Shown here: piece by piece, positions 55,498-64,000 of the stretch | Layout of the letters: each line of letters starts with the position of its first letter | Position numbering within the stretch: position 1 is the stretch's first letter | Source of the DNA: Vicinamibacterales bacterium | GTDB taxonomy: Bacteria > Acidobacteriota > Vicinamibacteria > Vicinamibacterales > UBA8438 | DNA: 64,000 bases | Reading direction: 5' to 3' | NCBI GenBank assembly: GCA_965199675.1 | Contig: CBDATI010000015.1 | Coordinates: forward strand, 98,217-162,216 | Notes under the pieces: generated by a model | Databases searched by the model: none | The model's input: the letters and a program-made list of their open reading frames with translations, nothing else | What the model was told of the DNA's origin: nothing | Program-made: the position numbers and the translations under genes

Positions 55498-56438
55498 GTA
55501 GGCATGCGTTTTGCCCTGGTTGTGAAGCTGGGTGAGCTCCAAGTGGTCCCACTGCACTTCGATCTCCAAACGGAGATCCAGCTCGCCCTCGGCCACGTGG
55601 ATGCGTGGGATCCCTCCAATCGTCTTCTTCTGAATATTGCCCATCACCTCCATTCTGGTGATCTGACCCTTCAGATCCGGACCGGCCATGGTGGTGCCTT
55701 CGCCGGTCATGGACCACGGCGACTTGCCGCTGCTGTTCTGAGCACGGACCTGGACTTCGTACGTCATGCCACTGGCCAAATCCGTGAGGGTTGTGGATGT
55801 TCCAACCACAGCCGTGGACAGCACAGTCCAATTCGAACTACCCTTGGCTCGGAACCGCAATTCATAGTCGATGATGGCGCCACCATTGTCGTTCGGCGCC
55901 TCCCACATCACATCCAGCGACATCGTCGTGCCGGCCGTAGCTGTGACTGTCGGCACCGCAGGTGCATCGGGCACGCCCGGATCTGCAGTGGGCCTCGCAA
56001 CAGGAATTACGCCAAACACATCCGCCTCGGGAGAATCATTGTCTCCCATCAACGCCGTCACCCGCACGACATATGTTGCGTCGTTGACCAAGCCCATCAT
56101 GATGGTGGTCTCAGTCATGCCCGCGGGGACGATGGTGTGGTCCATCAGGCTATTTTGGGTTTTCCCTCGGTATTGAACGAGGTAACCCATCGCACCCGCT
56201 TTGGACGGCCAGGACACCATCAATTTCTTGTCGCCTGGCGTATATCTCGCCCCGAAGTTGGGGTCTTCGGTTGCCCCACCTGGACTTCCCGTTATCGAAT
56301 TAACACGGGTTCCCGATACCGAGTCCTCTATCCGCACGACGTATACGGCGCCGTTGACCAAGCCACTGATGGTCGTCTTGAAGCCGGAGTCAAAGGTCTC
56401 GATGGGACCCACATTGGTACTAACCAGCGACGAGCTAG

Positions 56439-56813
56439 CAGCCCGTGGAAAAAGTCGGCAAATTCGGGCCGATCGGGTCGATCTGAGTGGTTGTAGTGTC
56501 GTAGACTTCACAGCATGGCGATGGGCAAGAGGCCGGCGGCTCGACCGGCGCCACCGATGTGGGTGACGGCAGAGGACCTTCCCAAGAGTGCGGGGCATCC
56601 CTTCTTCGAGCGGCTGAATCGGATTCTGGAGAAATCCAGGTTCGACGCTTTCGTGGAGGGGTTGTGTGCGGTCTTCTACGCGGAGCGAATGGGTCGTCCG
56701 AGTCTGCGACCCGGGCGGTATTTCCGGCTTCTGTTCATCGGGTATTTCGAGGGTCTGTCATCGGAGCGCGCGATTGCGTGGCGGGTCGCGGATTCGCTGA
56801 GCCTGCGGGCTTT
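56439..56813 (+). mobile_element. IS5/IS1182-like element, copy 3, truncated after 375 bp
   Basis: Identical to copy 1 from the left inverted repeat (preceded by ctag) through ..gcctgcgggcttt. It then diverges (gggtgcggctcttc.. versus cctggatctgg..). Confidence 0.85.
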
Positions 56814-57041
56814 GGGTGCGGCTCTTCTGTGTAGAGAGCTAACTCACTGATTCATAGGCATTTGCGCTCCTGGGCTCTCTCGCCTCGGCACGCTTGGCGG
56901 AGGTACAGCATTTCCCACCCCCTTCCCGGACCCGCCAGACCCATGCGAGCCCACACCGGGCGCTCGGTCCCTCCTCTGCCGCGGCTCCCCCTGGACATTC
57001 GTCCGGCGTTCTGGTACGGTGTCCTGGAGGGACGTCCTGCG

Positions 57042-57932
57042 ATGGCCACCGCCACGACGAGGTTCTCGGGGCGCGCGTTCAGCGAGCGAGAGATGACGCT
57101 GGTCCGCGAGGTCGTGCGCGACTGTCCGGGCTTGAGCCGGATGGAGCTGGCGCGCACCGTGTGCGAGCTGTTGCGGTGGCGGCGCCCCAACGGACGGCTG
57201 AAGGCCCGCGAGTGCCGGGAGTTCCTGGAGCGGCTGGACGCGGACGGGGCGCTGGCCCTGCCCGGCAAGCGCCGGGGCCGTGCAGCGGGTTCGGTGACCC
57301 GGGTGCCCCGGACGGCGGCGGGCGAGCCAGGGTCCCGGCTCGTCGGCAGCGTGCGCGACATCGAGCCGCTGGCTGTCGAGCGGGTGCGCGAGCCCGCCCA
57401 GCGGTTGCTGTTCCGGGAGCTGGTGGGGCGCTACCACGACATCGGGCACCGGGTTCCGTTCGGGGCGCACCTGCGCTATCTGGTGTTCGCGTCGAGGCCG
57501 GCGCGGGCGGTGGTGGGGTGCCTGCAGTTCTCCAGCCCGGCGTGGCGGATGGCGGCGCGCGACCGCTGGGTGGGCTGGGACGACGCGACACGGGCGCGGA
57601 ATCTGCAGCACGTGGTCAACAACAGCCGCTTTCTGCTGCTGCCGTGGGTCGAGGTGAAGAACCTCGCGAGCGCGGTGCTGTCGCGCGGCCTCGTGCGCAT
57701 GGCGGCGGACTGGCCGCGCCGCTACGGCCTGTCGCCGTGGCTGGTGGAGACGCTGGTGGACCCCCGCCGCCACCACGGCGGGTGCTACCGCGCCGCCAAC
57801 TGGGTGGTGTTGGGGGCCACGAGCGGTCGCGGGCGCATGGACCGGTACGGGCGCCGCGGGGGTGAGGCGCCCAAGACGGTTCTGGTCTATCCTGTGGTTC
57901 GGGATGCGCAGCGGCGGCTGCGGGAGCGTTGA
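57042..57932 (+). CDS. DUF4338-domain protein (accessory ORF of ISKra4-type elements)
   Basis: GRYHDIGHRVPFGAHLRYLVF...CLQFSSPAWRMAARDRWVGW...NNSRFLLLPWV...GGCYRAANW is the pattern I recognise as DUF4338. Confidence 0.6.
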   Translation: MATATTRFSGRAFSEREMTLVREVVRDCPGLSRMELARTVCELLRWRRPNGRLKARECREFLERLDADGALALPGKRRGRAAGSVTRVPRTAAGEPGSRLVGSVRDIEPLAVERVREPAQRLLFRELVGRYHDIGHRVPFGAHLRYLVFASRPARAVVGCLQFSSPAWRMAARDRWVGWDDATRARNLQHVVNNSRFLLLPWVEVKNLASAVLSRGLVRMAADWPRRYGLSPWLVETLVDPRRHHGGCYRAANWVVLGATSGRGRMDRYGRRGGEAPKTVLVYPVVRDAQRRLRER

Positions 57933-57935
57933 GCC

Positions 57936-59552
57936 ATGCGCGTTGTTCCGCCCCGTGCCGCTCCACCCGCCCCGACGCCGTATGCGACGGCGGAGGCGGT
58001 CTTCTCGGAGACCAAGACCTACCTCTCTTCGCGCGAGGCCCAGCAGATGAGTGAGAGCGACCTCGAACGGGAGCTGCACCGGCGGGGCCAGGACTTGATG
58101 CGCAAGCTCCTGCAGGGACACCTCGACCAACGCAGTCCGGGGGAGGCGGCGGGGCCGGTCGAGGGGGCCGACGGCGTCGAGCGTTCGGAGCGCCGCGTGC
58201 ACGAACGCGCCGTGGAGACGATCTTCGGCACGGTGGATGTCGAGCGTGCGGGCTACGCGCGGGCTGGCCACGACAGTCTGCATCCGCTCGATGGGTCGCT
58301 GAACCTGCCGGCGGAGCGTTACTCGCTGGAGGTACGCCGGCGGGTGGCGGAGGCGGCGGCCTCGCGGTCGTTCGACGAAGCGCTGTCGGACCTGTCCCGC
58401 CATACCGGGGCGAAGGTGCCGAAGCGTCAGGCGGAGCAGTTGGCGGCTCGCGCGGCGGAGGACTTCGACGCGTTCTACGAGGCGCGCCGTGCGGCGGCGG
58501 GAGAAGCGGTGCCCGCGGAGTCGGTGGTCGTGCTGACCTTCGACAGCAAGGGGGTGGTGCTGCATCGGGAGGACCTGCGGGAGGCGACGCGCAAGGCGGC
58601 CGAGCGGCGCCGTCGGCAACGGGGGCAGCTCTCGCCGTTCAATCGCCTCAAGCCGGGGGAGAAGAAGCACTCGAAGCGGATGGCGACGGTGGCCGCCGTC
58701 TATGCGGTCGCGCCGTTCGTGCGGAGCGCGGAGGATTTCCTGCAGAGCCTGATGCCCCGACAGCCGGCGGCCAAGACGAAGAAGGGCAGGAAGGCGAAGA
58801 CCTCGGGGGTGCGGCCTCGCCCGGTGGCGAAACGGGTGTGGGCGAGCCTCGAACGGGAGCCCGTGGAGGTGATCGCCGAGGCGTTCCTGGAAGCGGACCG
58901 CCACGACCCCGAACGCGTCAAGCACTGGGTGGTGCTCGTCGACGGGGCCGAGACGCAGCTCGACCTCGTGGAAGAGGGCGCCGCCGCGTACGGCGTGGCG
59001 GTCACGGTGGTCCTCGACATCATCCACGCGGTCGAGTATGTGTGGAAGGCGGCGCATGCGTTCCACCGGGAGGAGAGCCCCGAGTTGGCGTGCTGGGCGT
59101 GGACTCGCGTGCGGGACATTCTCGAGGGCAGGGCCAAGCGGGTCGCGGCGTCGATGCGGCGTGCAGCGACCGTCGCCGGGTTGTCGAAGGACGCCCGCAA
59201 GCCGGTCGACACGTGCGCCGACTACCTGCTGAAGTACGCGCCGTATATGCATTACGACCGCTACCTCGCGGCCGGCTACCCCATCGCCACCGGGGTCATC
59301 GAAGGGGCGTGCCGGCACCTAGTGCGCGACCGCATGGAGTTGACCGGCGCGCGCTGGCGGCTGGTCGGCGCCGAGGCGATTCTGAAGCTCCGGGCGCTGC
59401 GCGCCAGCGGCGACTTCGATGCGTACTGGGACTTCCACGAAGCGCGCGAGTACGAGCGGAATCACGCCCAGCGATACCGTGACGGCGCAGTCCCGCCGGT
59501 CACCGAGCCGCCCCCGCCCCCCGCCTCACCCCGCCTTCGACGCGTCAAGTAG
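57936..59552 (+). CDS. ISKra4-family transposase
   Basis: ..WVVLVDGAETQLDL...VLDIIHAVEYVWKAAHAF...YPIATGVIEGACRHLVRDRMELTGARW..GAEAILKLRALRASGDFDAYW. Confidence 0.65.
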   Translation: MRVVPPRAAPPAPTPYATAEAVFSETKTYLSSREAQQMSESDLERELHRRGQDLMRKLLQGHLDQRSPGEAAGPVEGADGVERSERRVHERAVETIFGTVDVERAGYARAGHDSLHPLDGSLNLPAERYSLEVRRRVAEAAASRSFDEALSDLSRHTGAKVPKRQAEQLAARAAEDFDAFYEARRAAAGEAVPAESVVVLTFDSKGVVLHREDLREATRKAAERRRRQRGQLSPFNRLKPGEKKHSKRMATVAAVYAVAPFVRSAEDFLQSLMPRQPAAKTKKGRKAKTSGVRPRPVAKRVWASLEREPVEVIAEAFLEADRHDPERVKHWVVLVDGAETQLDLVEEGAAAYGVAVTVVLDIIHAVEYVWKAAHAFHREESPELACWAWTRVRDILEGRAKRVAASMRRAATVAGLSKDARKPVDTCADYLLKYAPYMHYDRYLAAGYPIATGVIEGACRHLVRDRMELTGARWRLVGAEAILKLRALRASGDFDAYWDFHEAREYERNHAQRYRDGAVPPVTEPPPPPASPRLRRVK

Positions 59553-59763
59553 CTCTGATCTGGCCGCCGTGCAGAATCCAATGGACTCTCTCTGGGCCGC
59601 CGACGAAAAAGAGCCCGGCGTGTCCGCGATCCTGCGCCTCAAGCTGTCGCCCCTGGATCCGGTGCCTGACATGATCGTCTCCGCAGGCGAAGAAATCACG
59701 CCGATAACCCTGCCCGAGGCTCTCGGCGGCCTCGGCATGGAGACCCAATACAGCACGACCGCC

Positions 59764-61536
59764 GTATTCGGTTACCGGGTCGGGGCGAGAAGATCCCCGA
59801 AAATGTGTGCAGGCGTGGAGGCCTTGTGCCGATACGTGAGACATGGCGCGCAAGAAGGGCGACCAGGACGAGTCGGACCGGACGGGGCGTCAGCGAGACC
59901 CTCGCGACCTGCGCATCGAGCGCCTGAAGCAGGACAAGGCGAAGCTGATCGAGGAACGCGACCACTGGAAGCGCCGCAGCGAGCAGCTGGAAAAGGAGCT
60001 CGAGACCGCTCGGCGAGCCGGCAAGCGGCAGGCGGCCCCCTTCGCCAAGGACCGGCGGCAGGGAAGCGGCGAGCGGCCGGGGCGGCGGCGTGGTGCGGAC
60101 TACGGGAAGCAGGGGCGGCGCCAGCCGCCCCCACGCGTCGACGAGGTCCACGCGGCGCCGGTCCCGACGAGTTGTCCCGACTGCGGCGGCGCGGTCACCG
60201 TGGACGGTGTGTCGTCGCAGTATCAGGAAGAGCTGCCGGCGGTTCAGGCCCTGGTGCGGCGGTTCGACATCGAGGTGGGCCGCTGCGTCCAGTGTCGGCG
60301 GCGAGTGCAGGGCCGGCACGCGCTGCAGACCTCGGACGCCTTGGGCGCCGCCGCTCCCCAACTGGGTCCGAACGTCGCCGCGCTGGTGGTCGAGTTGCAC
60401 ACCGAGCTGGGCATGCCGGTGGAGAAGGTCGCCCGCGTGCTGAACATTCAGTTCGGACTCCGGGTCACCAAGGGCGGTCTGGTCCAACTGCTGCACCGCA
60501 CCGCCGCCAAGGCGGCGCTGGCGTATGCGGCGCTGTGCGAGCAGGTCCGCCGCAGCCCGGTGGTCACGCCGGACGAGACGGGGTGGCGTGTGTGTACGCT
60601 CAACCACTGGCTGTGGGTATTCGCGACCCCGGAGACCACGGTCTACGCGATCTGCGCCGGGCGGGGGTTCGAGCATGCGGCGGCGGTTCTCGGCCCCGAT
60701 TTCTCCGGCGTGCTGGTGCGGGACGGTTGGGTGGCCTATCGCGGCTTCAAGCATGCGCCGCACCAGACGTGCGTGGGTCATCTCTTGCGCCGCTGCAAGG
60801 ATCTGCAGGCCGCTCACCCCGACAGCCCCTGGGCCGGCGAGGTGCAGGCGGTCCTTCAGGACGGTCTCGCGCTGCGCGACCGCTGCAATGCGGGCGACAT
60901 CAGCGAGCACGGTCTGGCAACGGCCCGCGGCCGACTGGTCGCCCGGCTCGGTCGCCTGATCGACACCGCGCCGCCGTTGGCCGCCGCCGAGCGCTTCGCC
61001 AAGCACTTGGCCAACGAGTTCCCGGCGGTGTTCGTCTTCCTGTGCGACCCGTCGATAGACGCGACCAACTGGCGGGCGGAGCAGGCCATCCGTCCCGCGG
61101 TGGTCACCCGCAAGGTGTGCGGCGGCAACCGCACCCGCAAGGGTGCCAACACCCAGCAGGTGCTGGCGAGCGTGGTGCGTACCGCCCGCCAACGCCGACT
61201 CGACCCCCGCGTGCTGTTCACGACGATGCTGTGCGCCCGCGCACCCGTCGTGCCCGAAGCGCTTGCGCTGCCGCCACCCGCCTGACCGCCGGTGGGCCCT
61301 CCCGACGGGTCCCGGGTCCGCCGCCATCACACCGCGCCGGCCGCCGCACGCCTCGCACGCGACCTCCTGGGGCGCCTCCCACGACGAAGACCGATGGCCC
61401 TTCGCGGCATTGGCCCGCCAATCCGACAATCTTGCGTCAGGCACGTCTCGCCGCTGCCGTAACTTTCCGGAGCACAGGTCCATTGTCAGTTACATTTTCA
61501 TGGGCGAAACCGTTCCCGGACGCGCTAACCGAATAC
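59764..61536 (+). mobile_element. IS66-family element (1773 bp) with 8-bp TSD CGACCGCC
   Basis: Inverted repeats gtattcggttaccgggtcgggg / gtattcggttagcgcgtccggg (reverse complement). cgaccgcc occurs at 59756-59763 and 61537-61544. Confidence 0.85.
59843..61285 (+). CDS. IS66-family transposase
   Basis: N-terminal coiled coil. Zn-finger CPDCGG...CVQCRR. DDE core ..VVTPDETGWRV...LVRDGWVAYRG...ATNWRAEQAIRPAVVTRKVCGGNR. Confidence 0.8.
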   Translation: MARKKGDQDESDRTGRQRDPRDLRIERLKQDKAKLIEERDHWKRRSEQLEKELETARRAGKRQAAPFAKDRRQGSGERPGRRRGADYGKQGRRQPPPRVDEVHAAPVPTSCPDCGGAVTVDGVSSQYQEELPAVQALVRRFDIEVGRCVQCRRRVQGRHALQTSDALGAAAPQLGPNVAALVVELHTELGMPVEKVARVLNIQFGLRVTKGGLVQLLHRTAAKAALAYAALCEQVRRSPVVTPDETGWRVCTLNHWLWVFATPETTVYAICAGRGFEHAAAVLGPDFSGVLVRDGWVAYRGFKHAPHQTCVGHLLRRCKDLQAAHPDSPWAGEVQAVLQDGLALRDRCNAGDISEHGLATARGRLVARLGRLIDTAPPLAAAERFAKHLANEFPAVFVFLCDPSIDATNWRAEQAIRPAVVTRKVCGGNRTRKGANTQQVLASVVRTARQRRLDPRVLFTTMLCARAPVVPEALALPPPA

Positions 61537-62311
61537 CGACCGCCTTGCCCGCGGGCCTGATGTTCGAGGCGGATGATATGAAGGATACTTGGCGTATGCT
61601 CACTGGAACGCCGACCATGCCGATTGACCAGGGCGGCGTATCTGTGACCTATTCCGCGGCAGATGGCACGGGGATGCCTCAATCGGAGACTTTTCGAATC
61701 ACGGTGCAGTACATGCCGGACATGCCGGATGCGCCTACGGTGACTCCGAACACAACGTCCGGAGACCTGGACGTGTCTTGGGATATGCCGGCCGACAACA
61801 ACGACCCCATCATCTACTATCAGGTGCAGCACCGAATGATGGGTGAAACCGCGTGGTCCGTGCCCCCGGTGAACGCCACGATGGGGACCTCATACACCTT
61901 CACGGATCTGACCGACGGCGAGACGTACGAATTTCAGGTGCGCGCCGTGAACAGCCTCGGCATGTCCGATTGGTCCGCTACTGGCTCCGGTATCGACCCG
62001 GCGGACCCTCCGGTCGCTCCGACACTGAGGGGCCAGATCACCAGGATGGAGATCAAGGGCAATTTTGAGGAGAAGACAATCGGAGGCGACACGCGGATCC
62101 ACGTGGAAGAGGGTGAATTGGATCTCAGCGTGGAGCTGGAAGTTAGTTGGACACACAAGGAGCTCACCGAGCTTCACGCCCAGAACACGAAGTATGTTTT
62201 TGTCGACATATATGCAGGATGGTCGTCGGCCGCTGGCGTAACCTTGCCGGATTGGGTGTCCTGGCTCGACTACGAACAGGACGTGGACTTTCCGGACACG
62301 AGATATGGAGG

Positions 62312-63761
62312 GGGGATGTCCCGGAGGCTGTTGAACTGAGTTGAAGCGGGTGGCGACTCCTCGTCCCTGTCTGTGGTAGGACAGGGGTGCAATCAACAGG
62401 AGGAGAGCCACCCATGGCGAAGCATGACAGGCGGAGGCGTTCGAGCCAACCCCCGAGTTCACGGGCTGCGACGATTCAGGTACCGCTGCCGGTGCTCGGC
62501 GTGCTGGAGGGAGTCCGGGAAGCCTTCCACGGCTTGTGCATCACGACCGGGATGCAGGTTCTGCAGGCGATGATGGAGGGGGACCGAGAAGACCTGTGCG
62601 GCCCGAAGGGGCGCCATCAGGAGGAGCGGTCCGCGTGGCGCGGCGGCAGCGCGGCGAGCCAGGTAACGCTTGGCGGCCGGCAGGTGGGGGTGCCGCGGCT
62701 GCGGGTGCGCAGCGCCGACGGCGAGGTGGAGCTGCCGAGCTTCCGCTGGGCGTCGGCGACCGACCCGCTGGACGAGCACACGCTGTCTGCGGTCGCGGCC
62801 GGGGTATCGACGCGGCGGTATGCGGACACGTTGGACCCGGCGCCGGCCGAGGTGATGGAGCGGGGCACGTCGAGCAGTGCGGTGTCTCGGCGTTTCGTGG
62901 CGCTGTCGGCGAAGCGGCTGGGGGCGTTTCTGAGCCGTCCGTTGGGTGAGTTGGACCTGCGTGTGGTCTGCATCGACGGCAAGGTCTTCCGAGACCACAG
63001 CTTGGTGGTAGCGTTGGGCATCGATACGGAGGGTGGCAAACACGTGCTCGGTCTGCGCGAAGGCGCGACGGAGACGGCGGCGGTGGCCACGGGGCTGTTG
63101 AGCGACCTGGTGACGCGGGGCGTGCCGACGGACCGGACGTTGCTGTTCGTCGTCGACGGGGCGGCTGGGCTGCGGCGAGCCATCAGCGACGTGTTCGGTT
63201 CCCGCGGGGTGGTGCAGCGCTGCCAGGTGCACAAGCTCCGCAACGTGCTGGGCCATCTGCCCGAGCGGCTGCACGCTTCGGTGGGCAAGGCGTTGCGGGA
63301 TGCCTGGGACATGGATTCCGCGGACCGGGCGGGGCGGGTGCTGAAGCGTTTGGCGAGGTCGCTGGAACGCGACCACCCTGGCGCGGCGGCGTCCATCCGG
63401 GAGGGCCTCGAGGAAACGCTGACGGTGCAGCGGCTCGGTCTGACGGGGGCCCTCGAACGTACTCTGCGGACGACGAACATCATCGAGAACCTGATGGGGA
63501 GCGTCGAGAGCTACACGCGGCGGGTCAAACGGTGGCGCGGCGGCCAGATGATTCAGCGTTGGGTGGCGAGCGCGCTGGTGGAGGCGGCACCGCGCTTTCG
63601 GCGGGTGCGCGGCTACCGCGACCTGCGCCATCTGGTCGGCGGGCTCGACGCGCTGGCCCCGCCCGACGGCGCGGTTGCTGACGTGGCGTAGAATAGACGA
63701 CTTCGGAGCGGAAACAGGGAGTCCGCCACTCGCAAAGTTCAACAACGAACGGGACAATCCC
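62312..63761 (+). mobile_element. IS256-family element (1450 bp) with 8-bp TSD TATGGAGG
   Basis: Inverted repeats ggggatgtcccggaggctgttgaact / gggattgtcccgttcgttgttgaact (reverse complement). tatggagg occurs at 62304-62311 and 63762-63769. Confidence 0.85.
62414..63691 (+). CDS. IS256-family (Transposase_mut) transposase
   Basis: AGGAGAG SD. ..VVCIDGKVF...VVALGIDTEGGKHVLG...LFVVDGAAGLRRAI...QRCQVHKLRNVL...RTTNIIENL. Confidence 0.85.
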   Translation: MAKHDRRRRSSQPPSSRAATIQVPLPVLGVLEGVREAFHGLCITTGMQVLQAMMEGDREDLCGPKGRHQEERSAWRGGSAASQVTLGGRQVGVPRLRVRSADGEVELPSFRWASATDPLDEHTLSAVAAGVSTRRYADTLDPAPAEVMERGTSSSAVSRRFVALSAKRLGAFLSRPLGELDLRVVCIDGKVFRDHSLVVALGIDTEGGKHVLGLREGATETAAVATGLLSDLVTRGVPTDRTLLFVVDGAAGLRRAISDVFGSRGVVQRCQVHKLRNVLGHLPERLHASVGKALRDAWDMDSADRAGRVLKRLARSLERDHPGAAASIREGLEETLTVQRLGLTGALERTLRTTNIIENLMGSVESYTRRVKRWRGGQMIQRWVASALVEAAPRFRRVRGYRDLRHLVGGLDALAPPDGAVADVA

Positions 63762-63813
63762 TATGGAGGCGGACGCTATGCCAGTGGACGCACGTGGGCC
63801 CGGATGCGCATAG

Positions 63814-64000
63814 CAGCCCGTGGAAAAAGTCGGTAAATTCGGGCCGATCGGGTCGATCTGAGTGGTTGTAGTGTCGTAGACTTCACAGCATGGCGATGGG
63901 CAAGAGGCCGGCGGCTCGACCGGCGCCACCGATGTGGGTGACGGCAGAGGACCTTCCCAAGAGTGCGGGGCATCCCTTCTTCGAGCGGCTGAATCGGATT
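63814..64000 (+). mobile_element. IS5/IS1182-like element, copy 4 (left end only; runs off the window)
   Basis: Same left inverted repeat with one mismatch (gtcggtaaattc), preceded by atag. The transposase ATG at 63890 has the same 76-nt offset as in other copies. Confidence 0.85.
63890..64000 (+). CDS. IS5/IS1182-family transposase, 5' part only
   Basis: MAMGKRPAARPAPPMWVTAEDLPKSAGHPFFERLNRI is identical to the other copies. Confidence 0.8.
   Translation, partial: MAMGKRPAARPAPPMWVTAEDLPKSAGHPFFERLNRI

Larger units (their letters stand above)
52056..56438 (-). pseudogene. Surface-protein paralog B (FN3 repeats + Calx/Ig-like Met-rich repeats + VPALP-TM-RRYLRR tail), split by IS copy 2 and 5'-truncated by IS copy 3
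   Basis: Minus-strand coding runs 56438->55498 (..GSPGGATEDPNFGARYTPGDKKLMVSWPSKAGAMGYLVQYRG.., classic FN3 PDAPAVPTVTA..YELRFRAKGSSNW..YEVQVRAQNSSGKSPWS). It resumes at 53997->52056. Removing the IS plus 4-bp TSD (1504 nt) restores one frame: ..QGKTHAY-VEVVTGYDRDLLADWLSPYDDEQDVDFPD, matching paralog D. Confidence 0.8.
56814..59575 (+). mobile_element. ISKra4-like element (DUF4338 ORF + transposase); right boundary approximate
   Basis: The left edge is defined by the break in IS copy 3. The right edge is estimated from the weak terminal similarity gggtgcggc..agagcta / tagctct..gccgccgtgc and from the start of surface-protein-like coding. Confidence 0.55.
59576..63813 (+). pseudogene. Surface-protein paralog D (He_PIG-like + FN3 + conserved core), internal fragment hit by IS66-like, IS256-like and IS5-like copy 4
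   Basis: ..PDMIVSAGEEITPITLPEALGGLGMETQYSTTA | LPAGLMFEADDMKDTWRMLTGTPT..VTYSAADGTG..FRITV; FN3 PDAPTVTPNTTSGDLDVSWDMP..YYQVQHRMMGETAW..YEFQVRAVNSLGMSDWS; ..WLDYEQDVDFPDTRYGG | GRYASGRTWARMRI | IS. Both internal joins are in frame after removing the IS plus its TSD. Confidence 0.75.

Overview
GC-rich (by eye about two-thirds G+C) bacterial chromosomal segment. I saw no rRNA, tRNA or CRISPR array.

**Bases 1-45,600** encode a largely exported or periplasmic proteome:
- two paralogous DUF1592-type / DUF1552 gene pairs, one pair frameshifted;
- an ankyrin + cytochrome c protein;
- a CuA subunit II / subunit I / SCO(SenC) heme-copper oxidase operon. Its subunit I has Asn where the catalytic cross-linked Tyr normally sits, which suggests a NOR-like enzyme;
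- a sulfite-oxidase-family Mo enzyme;
- an exported epoxide hydrolase / VOC / three-subunit Mo-hydroxylase / VOC cluster;
- a LolA-like + 2x FtsX + ABC + beta-barrel cluster;
- VapBC and HEPN/MNT toxin-antitoxin pairs, a Uma2 nuclease and an IS630 element.

**Bases 45,600-64,000** are a mobile-element nest:
- two divergent P4-type integrases;
- an Rpn (YhgA-like) nuclease gene plus an orphan duplicate of its 3' end;
- four copies (two complete, one truncated, one cut by the window edge) of a 1.5-kb IS5/IS1182-like element;
- one ISKra4-like, one IS66-like and one IS256-like element.

**Most interesting signal.** A paralogous family of methionine-rich secreted surface proteins (copies A-D) shares several traits:
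- a conserved signal peptide (FARGxCRALxW) in the two copies whose 5' end is preserved (A, C);
- FN3 / He_PIG / Calx-like repeats;
- a PEP-CTERM-like C-terminal tail (LWDAAVPALP-TM-RRYRRR) in the two copies whose 3' end is in the window (A, B);
- a P4-type integrase gene upstream in the two cases where the 5' flank is preserved (A, C);
- in the same two copies, a conserved hairpin and a small membrane-anchored tandem-repeat coiled-coil gene downstream.

Every copy is inactivated by a frameshift or by IS insertions whose target-site duplications allow exact reconstruction.

**Caveat.** At least 10 frameshifts cluster in the first 15 kb, so sequence quality versus real gene decay must be resolved. 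All coordinates were derived by manual reading.
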